Shown one piece after another: positions 13,581 to 26,515 of a stretch of DNA of 64,000 bases. The DNA comes from the human T2T-CHM13v2.0 reference genome, Homo sapiens. Under the pieces are notes generated by a model. That model saw only the letters and a list, made by a program, of their open reading frames with translations, had not been told where the DNA came from and did not search any database. Within the stretch, counting starts at the first letter, position 1, and each line of letters opens with the position of its first letter. Location: the NCBI RefSeq assembly GCF_009914755.1, contig NC_060938.1, one strand, 5' to 3'. The position numbers and the translations under genes were made by a program.

Positions 13581-14613
13581 TTTGTGACTGCTAATGTTGG
13601 AAGAAAAAACGTCAAAGAATACCATGATAGACAAAAATCTGTGGCTAAATTACCTGCTTTCACAAGAAATTTGGAACCTCTTAGCCTTCTGTTGATCCTG
13701 GGAAACGGCTACTCCCTGGTAGGCTGAATATTACTTTTTGCGGTTACACACTTTGTCTGCTCCCAGAGGGCTCTTGTTCTAGACTTTCTGCTTTAAAGTG
13801 CAGCTGGTGCTCCTGTTGGCAGTCTCTTGGGGATGCAAGGGTTTGGCCCAGGGCTTTGGCCCAGTCTTGCCAGATCAAGTGGGGGTAATCTCCTGTCCCC
13901 ATTTATATGCAGTACTCAGAGGTTTCCAGCTGCTTCCTTGCCATTTACTCCTGGCTTCATCCCTGTGAGGTTGATGGGTAATTAGCATGGATTTTATAGC
14001 CACCATAGGAGAGAAAAGGAACTAACCCAGCAAATATGAATTTGGTAGAAAATTTAATTTGATGCTTCCTTCTTAGCAACCCACATACAATGCAAATAAT
14101 TTTCATCTCCTAACCTGTGGTGGAATTCAAGTTCTTTCTGTTTCAAATAATGGTTTATCCCAAGGGAAGTTTTCCTCATTAACAACAAAAAATACAAAAA
14201 TTTGCTGGTGATCTATGATGATATTTATTCTATTTCATTTATTTAAATAGTTATAGTTGGAGAGAAGAACAAAAAGTATCAAATCTTGGATTTCTGTATG
14301 TCAAGCTACTTTATAGATTCCATCTGACTTTTTGAGAGAGAAAGTTAACAGTGTTCATCGAGCTAACTATATAATTAAATGCTTACCCACTCCTTTCTCT
14401 CTCTGGCCTCTCAATTTCTGTGCATTTGCAGAATCTAGATTTTTGATTCATTTGCATTTTGAAGATATAATAATTGTAAACAACATTTCTTGGGCACGCG
14501 CTATGTGCCGGGCTCTCTTCTAAGCTCCTGTACGTGTAGACTTGTAGAAGACATTAGGAGAAACAAGAAAAAGTAAATTTTCATGCTTTTGATATTTCTT
14601 AGAGTGAAAGCTC

Positions 14614-14616
14614 TAT

Positions 14617-14655
<39 letters not shown>

Positions 14656-14656
14656 T
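14614..14656. repeat. (TTTA)n microsatellite
   Basis: About 10 perfect units. Confidence 0.95.
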
Positions 14657-14985
14657 CCAATGGAGAGATTCAGACCTGTGAATTTACTCCTAGTGAGACC
14701 AGAGCACTCCTGGTCTAGATGTTTGTTGACTTTGTTTTTGAAACAGGGCTTATCACATCAGCTAATTATTTTTGTAAGTGCCTGGGTCCTTGATGGCTAA
14801 TTTTAAATATTGTTCTAGTGTCTCTTGTCTTCTACATCTAGGCTCCTATTTTAGGTTTAGATTACATACACTAATGTGATTATTTGTTTATTTAATGTAC
14901 ATTTTGAAAATTTATCTCAGTAATAACTAACGTGTTTTTTAATGATAAATGTAAATTGACTTTAGAATTTTCTGAGGTTTTCTTT

Positions 14986-15277
14986 TTTTTCTTTTTGAGA
15001 CAGAGTCTCGCTCTGTCGCCCAGGCTGTAGTGCAGTCGCGTGATCTCAGCTCACTGCAAGGTCCGCCTCCCGGGTTCACGCATTCTCCTGCCTCAGCCTC
15101 CCCAGTAGCTGGGACTACAGGCGCCCGCCACCCCACCTGGCTCATTTTTTTGTATTTTTAGTGGAGACGGGGTTTCACCATGTTAGCCAGGATGATCTTG
15201 ATTTCCTGACCTCCTGATCCACCCGCCTCGGCCTCCCAAAGTGCTGGGATTACAGGCGTGAGCCACCGCGCCCGGCC
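14986..15277 (-). mobile_element. AluY (or closely related young Alu)
   Basis: Full-length Alu with GTTAGCCAGGATG and GGTTCACGC diagnostics; TSD CTGAGGTTTTCTTT at 14972-14985 and 15279-15292. Confidence 0.93.
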
Positions 15278-18200
15278 CCTGAGGTTTTCTTTAAGATAGA
15301 CAACAATTAACTACAGCCCTAAAATGAGAGAAAGAAATACTACATAAAGCAAACTTTTTTAAAAATTTTAAGATTTAATTTTATTTTTGTTAGCTAATAT
15401 GAACCAAACATCATTCTAGAATCTGAAAGAGAGTACAGGTAGTTATCATCCCTAACTCTCTTTTAACATTTTGTTGTTCTGCTCCTTTTAAAGGTGTCTC
15501 TTTAAAGATTACACCTGTAAGATCTGCATTTTGTTCTTCATCATATTCACAATCATTGTACAATTTCAGCTCAGGGTTGATTGGCTGCCCCTACAAAAAA
15601 ATCCTGCCCCTATAAAATACAAAAGCAGCGGGTGGGAGAGGAAGATACAACTCCCAGTATCGCAGAAGGTATACACCCCCCTGTGATATTGTTCGTAATT
15701 TTCAGGGAAGGAGAGGATGATATTACTCCCAATATTGCAAGGCCTGTACACCCTCCTGTGATATTGTTCATAATATCCAGAAATGAGAATATTACTCCAA
15801 ATATTGCAGGGGGTGTACACCCCCTTTAATATTTTTTGTAATATCCAGTAGGGAGTGGATGATATTACTCCCAATATTGTTTGCAATTTCCATAAGGGGA
15901 GAGGATGATATTACTCCCAATATCACACAAGGCGTACACCACCCTGTGATATTGTTCATAATATCCAGGGAGAAGGAGGATGATATTACCCCCAATATCC
16001 CGGGGAGTGTACATCCCCCTGTGATATTGTTCATAATATCCATGTGGGGAGAGGATGATGTTACTCTCCATACCCCAGAGGGTGTACACCCCCCACTACG
16101 ATATTGTTTGTAATTTCCAGGAGGGGAGAGCATGATGTTACTCCCCATAATGCAAGGGGTGTACACCCCCATACGATATTGTTCGTAATATTTAGACAGG
16201 GATAGGATAATGTTAATCCCCATATTGCAGAGAGTGTACATTCCCCTGCGATATGTCTGTAATATCCGGGGAAGGGGGAGAGGATAATGTTACTCTTCAT
16301 ATTGCATCCCCCCGAGATATTGTTCGTAATATACAGGGAAAGAGAGGATAATGTTACTCTTCATATCTCAGGGAATATACATGCAACTGCGATATCGGGG
16401 CGGGGTGGAGAGAGAGATATTACTCCCCATATCGAAGGAAGTGTACGCACCCCTGCGATATTGTTCATAATATCTATGGGGAAAGGAGATGATGTTACTC
16501 CCCATATCGCCAGGTGTGTACACCCCTCTGCGATATTGTTCATAATATTCAAGGGGAGAGAAAATGATATTACTCTCGATATCTCAGGGGATGTAAACAA
16601 CCCTGCCATATTGTTTGTAATATCCAGGGAGGGAGAGGGTGATATTACTCCCCATATCACAGAGGGTGTACAACCCCCTGCGATATTGTTCGTTATATCC
16701 AGGGGGGAGATGATATTACTCCCAATATCGTAAACATCCTGTGTGTACATCCTCTATGATATTGTTCATAATGTCCAGGGTGGCAGAGGATGATTTTAGT
16801 CCCAACATCGCAGGGTTCCTACACCCTCCTGTGATATTGTTCCTAATATCCAGGGGAGTAGAGGATGATATTACTCCCAATATTGCAGGAAGTCTTCACC
16901 CCCCTGTGATATTGTTCTTAATATTCTGGGGAGGGAGAGGATGTTATTAATCCCAATAACTGGGGGATTGCATACTCCCCTGTGACATTGTTTGTAATTT
17001 TCAGGGGGTGGGTGGATGATATTTTTGCCAATATTGAAGGGGGAGTATCCCCCCGTGATATTGTGTATAATATCCACTGGGGGAGAAAATGATATTACTT
17101 CCAATATCGCGGGGGGTTGTACACCCCCCGTGATACTGTTCATAATATCTGGGGCTGGGAGAGGGTAATATTAGTCTCAATATTGCAGGGGGTGTACACC
17201 ATTCTGTAATATAGTTCGCAATATTCAGGGAGAGGAAAGGATGATATTACTCTCAGTATCTCAGGCTGTGTACAATCCCCTGTGATATTGTTCATAATAT
17301 CCAGGGAGGGGAGAGTATGATACGATTCCCAATATCGAGGGGAGTGTACATTCCCATTGTAATATTGTTCATAATATCCGAGGGTGGGGGGTGGAGGATG
17401 ATATTACTCCCAATATTGCAGGGGGTGTATATCCACCTACGATATTGTTGCTAATATCCGGGGAGGCGGAGAGGATGATATTATTCTCTATATCGCAGGG
17501 GGTGTACACCCCTCTGTGATACTGTTTGTAATATCCACGTGGGGAGAGGATAATATTACTTCCAATATAGCAGGGGTTGTATCTGCCCCCCTGAGATATT
17601 GTTCCTAATATCCAGGGGGTGAGAGGATGATATTACTCCCAATAGCACAGGGGGTGTACAACCACGTGTGATATTCTTCCTAATATCTAGAAGGGGAAAG
17701 GATGATATTACGCTTAATGTCGCAGAGGGCATACCCCACCCCTGAGATATTGTTACTAATATAGAGGTGAGGGGAGAGGATGATATTACTCCCAATATCA
17801 GAGAAGGTGTACACCTTCTCTGTGATATAGTTCCTAATATCCAGGAGAGAAGTGGATGTATTACTTCTAATATCGCAGGGGATGTACACCCCCACTGTAA
17901 TATTGTTCCTAATATTCAGAGGGAGATAGGATGATATTGTTCCTAATATCGCATGGAGTGTGTACCCTTCTTGCAATATTTTTCCTGATATTTAAAGCGG
18001 GTGACCACATATTACTCTCACTAGTGCAAGGGGTGTACACCCCCCTGTGATATTGTTCCTAATATCCAGAAAATGTGAGAATGATACTACCCCCAATATC
18101 GCAGGGAGTGTACACGCCGCCCCCCCCCCCATGATATTGTTTCTAACATCCGCAGGGGAGAGGAAGATATCAGTCCCTATATTGCAGGGGATATCCATTC

Positions 18201-20588
18201 CCCTTTTGATATTGTTAAAATATCCAAAGGAAATGATGATATTACTGTCAATATCGGAGGGGGTGTAAACCACCTCTGTGATATTGTTCCTAATATCCAG
18301 TGGAAAGGATGATACTCATCCCAATATCAAAGGGGGAATACACTTCTTCTGTGATGTTGTTTCTAATATCCAGGAGGGTAAAGGATAATATTACTCCCAA
18401 TATCGCAGGGGGTATACACTCCTCCTGAGATATTGTTCCTAATATCCAGGGGTGAGAAGTTGATATTACTCCTAATATTGCTAGGGGAGTACACACACCT
18501 TGTGGTATTTTTACAAATATTCAGGGGTGAGAGGATGATATACCAATATAGCAGGGGGTGTACACCCCCTTTGTGATATTGTTCTTAATATTTAGTGGGG
18601 AGAGGATTACATTACTCCCAATATCGCAGGGGGTGTACACATCCTCTGTGATATTGCTTCTAGTATCCAGGGAGGAGAGCATGATATTACTCCCAATGTC
18701 GCAGGAGGTGTACACCCCTTTTGTGATACTGTTCCTAATATCCAATGTTGATATTACTGTCAGTATCGCAGGTGGTGTACACCCCCTGTGATATTGTTTT
18801 TAATATCCAGAGGGGGAGAGGATGATGTTACTCCTAATATCTCAGGGAGTGTACACCCCTCCTGTGATATTGTTCCTAACATCCAGCGGGGGAGAGAATG
18901 ATATTACTCCCGATATTGCAGGGGGTGTACACAGTCCCGTGATATTGTTCCTAATATTCTTGTGGGGAGAGGATGATGTTACTTTCAATATCGCAGGGAA
19001 TGTACACTCCCCCTTTGTGATATTATCCGTAATACTCAGGTGGGGAAATATTATATTACTCCCAATATCGCAGAGGTGTACATTTCTTCGTGATATTGTT
19101 CCTAATAACCATGGGGTGAGAGGATGATATTACTCCCAATGTCGCAGGTGGTGTACAACCCCCTGTGATATTTTTTCTAATTTCCAGGAGGGAGAGGATT
19201 ATATTACTCCCAATATCACAGGCGGTGTACACCCCCCTTATGATATTGTTTTTAATACCCAAAATGGGAGACGATGATATTACTGTCAATACCGCAGGAG
19301 GTGTACAACCCCCAGTGATACTGTTTCTAATACTTGGGTTGGGAGAGGGTGATATTACGCCCAATATTGCAGAGATGGTACACCCCTATGTGATATTTTT
19401 CCTAATATCCATGGGGGGAGAGGATGTTTTCACTCCCAATATCACAGGAGGTGTACACCCCCCTGAGATATTGTTTCTAATATCCAGGGGTAAAGAAGAT
19501 GATATTACTCCCAATAGAGCAGGGGGTATACAAACTTCCTGTGATATTGTTCCTAATATGCAGGGGGAAATAGGATGATATTACTCCCAATAGCTCAGAA
19601 GGTGGTCACCCTCTTTAAATATCAGGAAGAATATTACAAGAAGGGTACACACTCCATGCGATATTAGGAATAATATCATCCTATCCCCCTCTGAACATTA
19701 GAAACAATATTACGGGGTGATGTACAACCCCTGCAATATTGGAAGGAATACATCCACTTCTCTCTTGGCTATTAGGAATTATATCACAGAGGGGTGTACA
19801 CCCCCTGCAATATAGAGAATAATATCATCCTTTCCCCCCTGGATATTAGCAACAATATCATAGGTAGATGTACACCCCCTGCGATATGGGGAGTGATATC
19901 ATTCTCTACTCCCTACCCCCGGATATTACTCCCAGTAGCTCATTAGGAACAATATCACGGGGGGATGTACCCTCGCTGCGATATTGGGAATAATATCATC
20001 GTTTACCACACGGGATACTAGGAACAGTATCACAGGGGGTTTTACATCCCCTGATATATTGGGAATAATATCGTCCTCTCCCCCCACGGATATTGGGAAC
20101 AATATCATGGGGGGGGGGTGTAACTCCCTGCAATAGGTCAGAAGGTGCACACCCCACCCCCGTGATATTGTTTTTAATATCCAGGAGGGGGAGAAGATAA
20201 TATTACTTCCAATATCCTAGGAGGTGTAAACACCCCCAGGGATATTCTTCCTAATATCCAGGGCGGGAGAGGATATTACTTCCAATATCGCAAAGGCTGT
20301 ACGCTCCCCCATGTTATATTGTTCCTAATATCCAGGGAAGGAGAGGATGATATTATTCCCAATATCACAGGGGTGTATACCCTCCTTGTGATGTTCCTAA
20401 TATCCAGGGCGGGAGACGACAATATTACTCCCCATATCGCAGGGGGTTACACCCCCGTGTGATATTTTTCCCAATATCCATAGGGGGAGAGGATATTACT
20501 CCCAATATATCAGGGGATGTACAACCCCCTGTGATATTGTTCCTAGCATCCCCTGCCATACTAGAAGTAATATCACTCTCTCTCTCTC

Positions 20589-20775
<187 letters not shown>

Positions 20776-23700
20776 CAAAATCATAATATCAACAATCCTC
20801 TCCTCCCCTGATTATTAGGAACAATATCACAGGGGTGGTGTACACCCCCCAGTATATTGGGAGTAATATAATCCTCTCCTGCGCTGGATATGAAAAACAA
20901 ATAACAGTGGGGTTGTACATTCCCTGCAATATTGGGAGTAATATCATCCTCTCTTCTCCTGGATACTAAAAACAATAGAACAGTGGGTGTACACCCCCTG
21001 TGATACTGAAAGTAATATCATCCTCTCTCCCTCTGGATATTAGGAACAATATCACCGGGGAGGGGGTGTACACCTCCTGCATTATTGGGAGCAATATCAT
21101 CTTCTCCCTATCTGGATATCAAAAACAATATTACAGTGAGGGTGTACACACCCCCTGCGATATTGAGGGTAATATAATCCTCTCCTCCCCTGATTATTAG
21201 GAACAATATTAGAGGGGGGTGTACATCTCCTACAATATTGGGAGTAATATCATCCTCTCCCCCCCGATATTAGGAAAAATATCACAGTGGGGGAGTACAC
21301 CCCTTGCGATATTGACAGTAATATCATTGTCTCTCCCCTTGGATATGAGGAAAAATATAACAAGGGGGGTGTACACTTTCTGTCATCTTGGAAGTAGTAT
21401 CATTTTTACCCCACTAGATGTTAGGAACAGTATTAAGGGGGGGGGAGGTGTACACCGCCTGTGATATTGAGAGTAATATCATCCTCTCCCTTCCTGTATT
21501 TTAGGAATAATATCCCGGGGGTAGGTGTCCACCCGCTGAGATATCGGGAGTAATATCATACTCTCTCCTCCTAGATATTAGGAACAATATCAAAGAGGGT
21601 GTTTGTACACACCCCTCTGTGGAAGTGTACACCCTCCTCTGTGATATTGTTCCTAATATTTCTGGGTTGAGAGGATATTACTCCCAACACCCCAGGGGTT
21701 GTACAACCCCTGTGATATTGTTCCCAGTATTCAGAGAGGAAGATGATTATATTACTCTCAATATCACAGGGGTTATACAGCCCCCCCTTGTGTTATTGTT
21801 TGTAATATCCAGATGGGGAGAGGATGATATTACTATTAATATCGCAGGAGGTGTACATCCCTCTGTGATATTGTTCATAATAACCATGAGGGGAGAGGAT
21901 GATATAACTTCCAATATTGCAGAGGTGTATACCCCTGGATATTAGGAACAATATCACAAGGAGGTTATACACCCACCGCAATATTGGTAGTAATATAATC
22001 TCCGCTCGTGAATATGATGAAAAATATCACAGGAAGGGTGTATACCCCATCCGATACTGGAAGTAATATTATCCTCTTCCCATCTAAATATTAGGAACAA
22101 TATCACAAGGTTTGTACACCTCTTTCGATATTGGGTGTAATGTCATCCTGGGATAGCAGGATTATTATCATTCCCTCCCACCACTGGTTATTGGGAACAA
22201 TATCACAGGGGTGGTATACATCCCATGCAAAATTAAGAGTAACATCATCCTCTCCCTTTCTAGATATTAGAAACAATATCTCAGGGGGGTGTACACCCCC
22301 TGCCATATAGGGAGTAATTTCATCCTCTTTCACCCTGGATATAAGGAACCATGTCATGGGGGGTTGTACATCCCCTGCGATATTTGGAGTAATATCATCC
22401 TCTACCTCCCTCGATATTAGGAACAAAATCACAGGGGGTATGTACACTCTTTGCGACATTTGGAGTAATATCATGTCTCCCCAGCTGGATATAATGAACA
22501 AAATTACAGGGAATGTGTACACGCCCAGCGTTATTGGGAGTAATATCAAACTCGCCCTTCTTAAATATTAGAAAAAATATAAAAGGGGGTGTGTAAACCC
22601 CTTGCAATATTGAAAGTAATACCATCCTCTCTCTTTCTGGATATTAGGAATAACATCACAGAAGGGTGTATACCCTCCTCGATATTGGGAGTAATGTAAT
22701 CCTCTCTTTTCCTGGATATTAATAACAATATCACGGTGGGGGGTGTAAATCTCCTTCGATATTGGTAGTAATATCATTCTCTACACCCCTGGATATTAGG
22801 AACAATATCACAGAAAATGTGTACACCCCCTGCGACATTGGGAGTAATATCATCCTCTCTGCCGTGGATACTAGAAACAATATCACGGCGGGGGGACAAG
22901 GTTTACATCCCCTGCGATATTGTGAGAAATATCATATTCTCCCATACTGGATATTATGAACAAGATCATAGTGGAGGTGTACATCTTCTGCCATATTGGG
23001 AGTAATATCATCCTTTTCCACCTTGGATATTAGGAACAATATCATACGTTTGGCATACACACGCTGATATATTGGGAGTAATATCATCTGCTCCCTTTCT
23101 GAATATTAGGTACAATATCACAGTGGGGTTGTACCCTCCCTGAAATATTGAGAGTAATATTATCTTCTTCCCCTTTGAATATTAAAACATATATCACAGA
23201 GGGGGTGTACACCCCCTGTGATATTGGGTTTAATATCATCTGCTACAACCACCTGTGATATTGTTGCTAATATCCAGACGGGAAGAGGACGATATTACTC
23301 CCAATATCGCAGGAGGTGTACACCCTTTTGTGATACTGTTTGTAATATCCAGGTGGAAAGAAAATTATATTCAATATCACAGGGGTGTACACCCCCCTAT
23401 TACATTGTTCATAATATCCAGGTGGGTAGAGGATGATATTATTCCCTACATTGCAGGGGGTGTACACCTCTCTCGTAATACTGCTCATAAGATCCAAGGG
23501 GGAAGAGGATGATATTACTTTTGAAAGTATCGCAGGGTTTGTACCCCCCCGAGATATTGTTCCTAATATCCAGAGGGTAAGAGGATGGTATTACTCCCAA
23601 TAGCACAGGCGGTGTGCACCTTCGTGTGATATTTTTCCTAATATCTAGAAGAGGAGAGGATAATATTACTCTTAATGTTGCAGAGAGTGTATCCCACCCC

Positions 23701-25875
23701 TGAGATATTGTTCCTAATATCGAGGCAGGGTAGAGAGGATGATATTACTCCCAATATCGGAGAAGGTGTACACCGTCCCCTGTGATCAGTTCCTAATATC
23801 CAGGGGGAAGTGGATGATATTACTTCCAATGTCGCAGGGGTTGTACACCCCCCTGTAATATTGTTTCTAATTTTCAGAGGAAGATAGGAAGATATTATTC
23901 CCAATATCGGACAGGGTGTAGACCATTCTTCCAATATTCTTCCTAATATTTGAAGCAAGTGACAACATTACTCTCAATAGCGCAGGGGGTGTATACTCCC
24001 CTGTGATATTGTTCCTAATATCCAGAAAAGATGAGAATGATATTACTCGCAATATCGCAGGAAGTGTACACTCGCACCCTGTGATACTGTGATAGTGTTT
24101 CCAATATTTACAGCAGAGAGAGGATGATATGACTCCCTATATCGAAGGAGGTGTACATTTTTCTTGTGATATTGTTAATAATATCCAAAGGGGGAGACAA
24201 TTATATTACTGTCAATATCGCAGGGGCTGTAAACCACCTCTGTTGTATTGTTCCTAATATACAGTGGAAGAGAGGAGGATATTAATGCCAATATTGAAGG
24301 GGATGTACACCCCTTCTGTGATATTATTGGTAATATCCAGGAAGGTAAAGGATAATATTACTCCCAATATCACAGGAGGTGTACATCCCACCCTGTGATA
24401 TTGTTTTTAATATCCAGAAGGGAAAAGTTTGATATTACTCCCAATATTGCTGGGGGAGTACACACATTCTGTGGTATTTTCCCTAATATCCAGAAATGAG
24501 AGGATGATATTACTACCAATATCACAGGGAGTGTGCACCCTCTTTGTGGTATTGTTCTTAATATTTAGTGGGGAGAGGATTACATTACTCCCAATATCAC
24601 AGGGCATGTACACACACCCTGTGATATTGCTTCTAATATCTAGGAAGGAGAGCATGATATTACTCCCAATGTTGTAGGGGGTGTACACTCCTCTCGTGAT
24701 ACTGTTTCTAATATCCAGTGGGGGAGACGTTGATATTACTGTCAATATCGCAGGTGATGTACACCCCTCCTGAGATATTGTTTTTAATATCCAAAAGGGG
24801 AGAGGATATTACTCCCAATATTGCAGGGGTATACCCACCCCAGTGATATTGTTCCTAATATTCTGGTAGGGAGAAGATATTACTCTCAATATTGCAGGGA
24901 GTGTACACTCCCTTCTTGTGGTATTATCCTTAATACCCAGGTGGGGAAAATATTAGATTACTCCCAATATCGCAGGAGGTGTACATTTCTTCGTGATATT
25001 GTTCCTAATAACCATGAGGTGAGAGAATGATATTACTCCCAATGTCGCAGGTGGTGTACACTCCCCCTGTGATATTGTTCCTCATATCCGGTGGGGAGAT
25101 AATTATATTAGTCCCTATATCGCAGGCAGTATACACTCCCCTTGTGATATTGTTTTTTTAATATCCAAAATGGGAGACGATGATGTTACTATCAATACCG
25201 CAGGGGTTGTACACTCCTCCATAATATTGTTCCTAATACCCAGGTTGGGAGAGGGTGATAGTACGACCAATATTGCAGAGGGTGTACCCCCCCTTTGTGA
25301 TATTGTTTCTAACATCCATGGGAAGAGAGGATGTAATCACTCCCAATATCGCAGAAGCTCTACACCCCCCTGAGATATTGTTCCCAATTTCCAGGGGTAA
25401 AGAGGATGGTATTACTCCCAATAGCACAGGGGGTGTACACCCTTTCTGTACTATTGTTCCTAAGATGCAGGGGGAAATAGGATGATATTACTCCCAACAG
25501 CTCAGGGGGTGTACACACCACCTGTGATATTGTTTCTAATATCAAGGGGGAGAGAAGATAATATTACTCCCAATATCGCAGGAGGTGTACACGCCCCCAA
25601 AGATATTGTTCCCAATATCCATGGGGGGAGAGGATGATATTACTCTCAATATCTCAGGGCATGCACACCTCCCTGTGATAATGTTCCTGGTATCCAGTAG
25701 GGAAGACGATGATATTATTCCCAATATCGCAGCAAGTGTACACTTCCCCTGTTATATTGTTCCTAATATCAAAAGGGGAGAGGATGATATTACTCCCTAT
25801 ATCGCAGGGGGTGCACACCCCACTTGTGATACTATCAATAATTTCCAGGGCTGGAGAGGATGATATTACTCTCAG

Positions 25876-26515
25876 TATCACAGGGGGTGTACAACCGCCC
25901 TGTTGTGTTGCTCCTAATATCTAGTGGAAGCGAGGATGCTATTAATCCCAGTATCAAAGAGGGTGTCCATTTTCTTTGTAGATATTGTTCCTAATACCCA
26001 GGAGACGAGAGTGTGATATTATTCCCAATATTGCAGCGCAGTGGGTCTACACCCCCTTTGTGATATTCTTCGTAATATCCAAAGGGGGAGAGGATGATAT
26101 TACTCCCAATACCGTAGGGGGGTGTACACACTCTCTGTAATATTGTCCCTAATATCCAGGTTGGGAGAGGATGATATGACTCCCAATATCACAGGGGGTG
26201 TACAACCGCCCTGTTGTGTTGCTCTTAATATCTAGTGGAAGCGAGGATGCTATTAATCCCAGTATCAAAGAGGGTGTCCATTTTCTTTGTAGATATTGTT
26301 CCTAATACCCAGGAGACGAGAGTGTGATATTATTCCCAATATTGCAGCGCAGTGGGTCTACACCCCCTTTGTGATATTCTTCGTAATATCCAAAGGGGGA
26401 GAGGATGATATTACTCCCAATACCGTAGGGGGGTGTACACACTCTCTGTAATATTGTCCCTAATATCCAGGTTGGGAGAGGATGATATGACTCCCAATAT
26501 CACAGGGGGTGTACA
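25876..26515 (+). repeat. Near-perfect 311-bp tandem duplication (4 monomers) within the satellite
   Basis: CAGGGGGTGTACA recurs at 25881, 26192 and 26503; one difference seen (CTCCTAAT vs CTCTTAAT). Confidence 0.92.
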
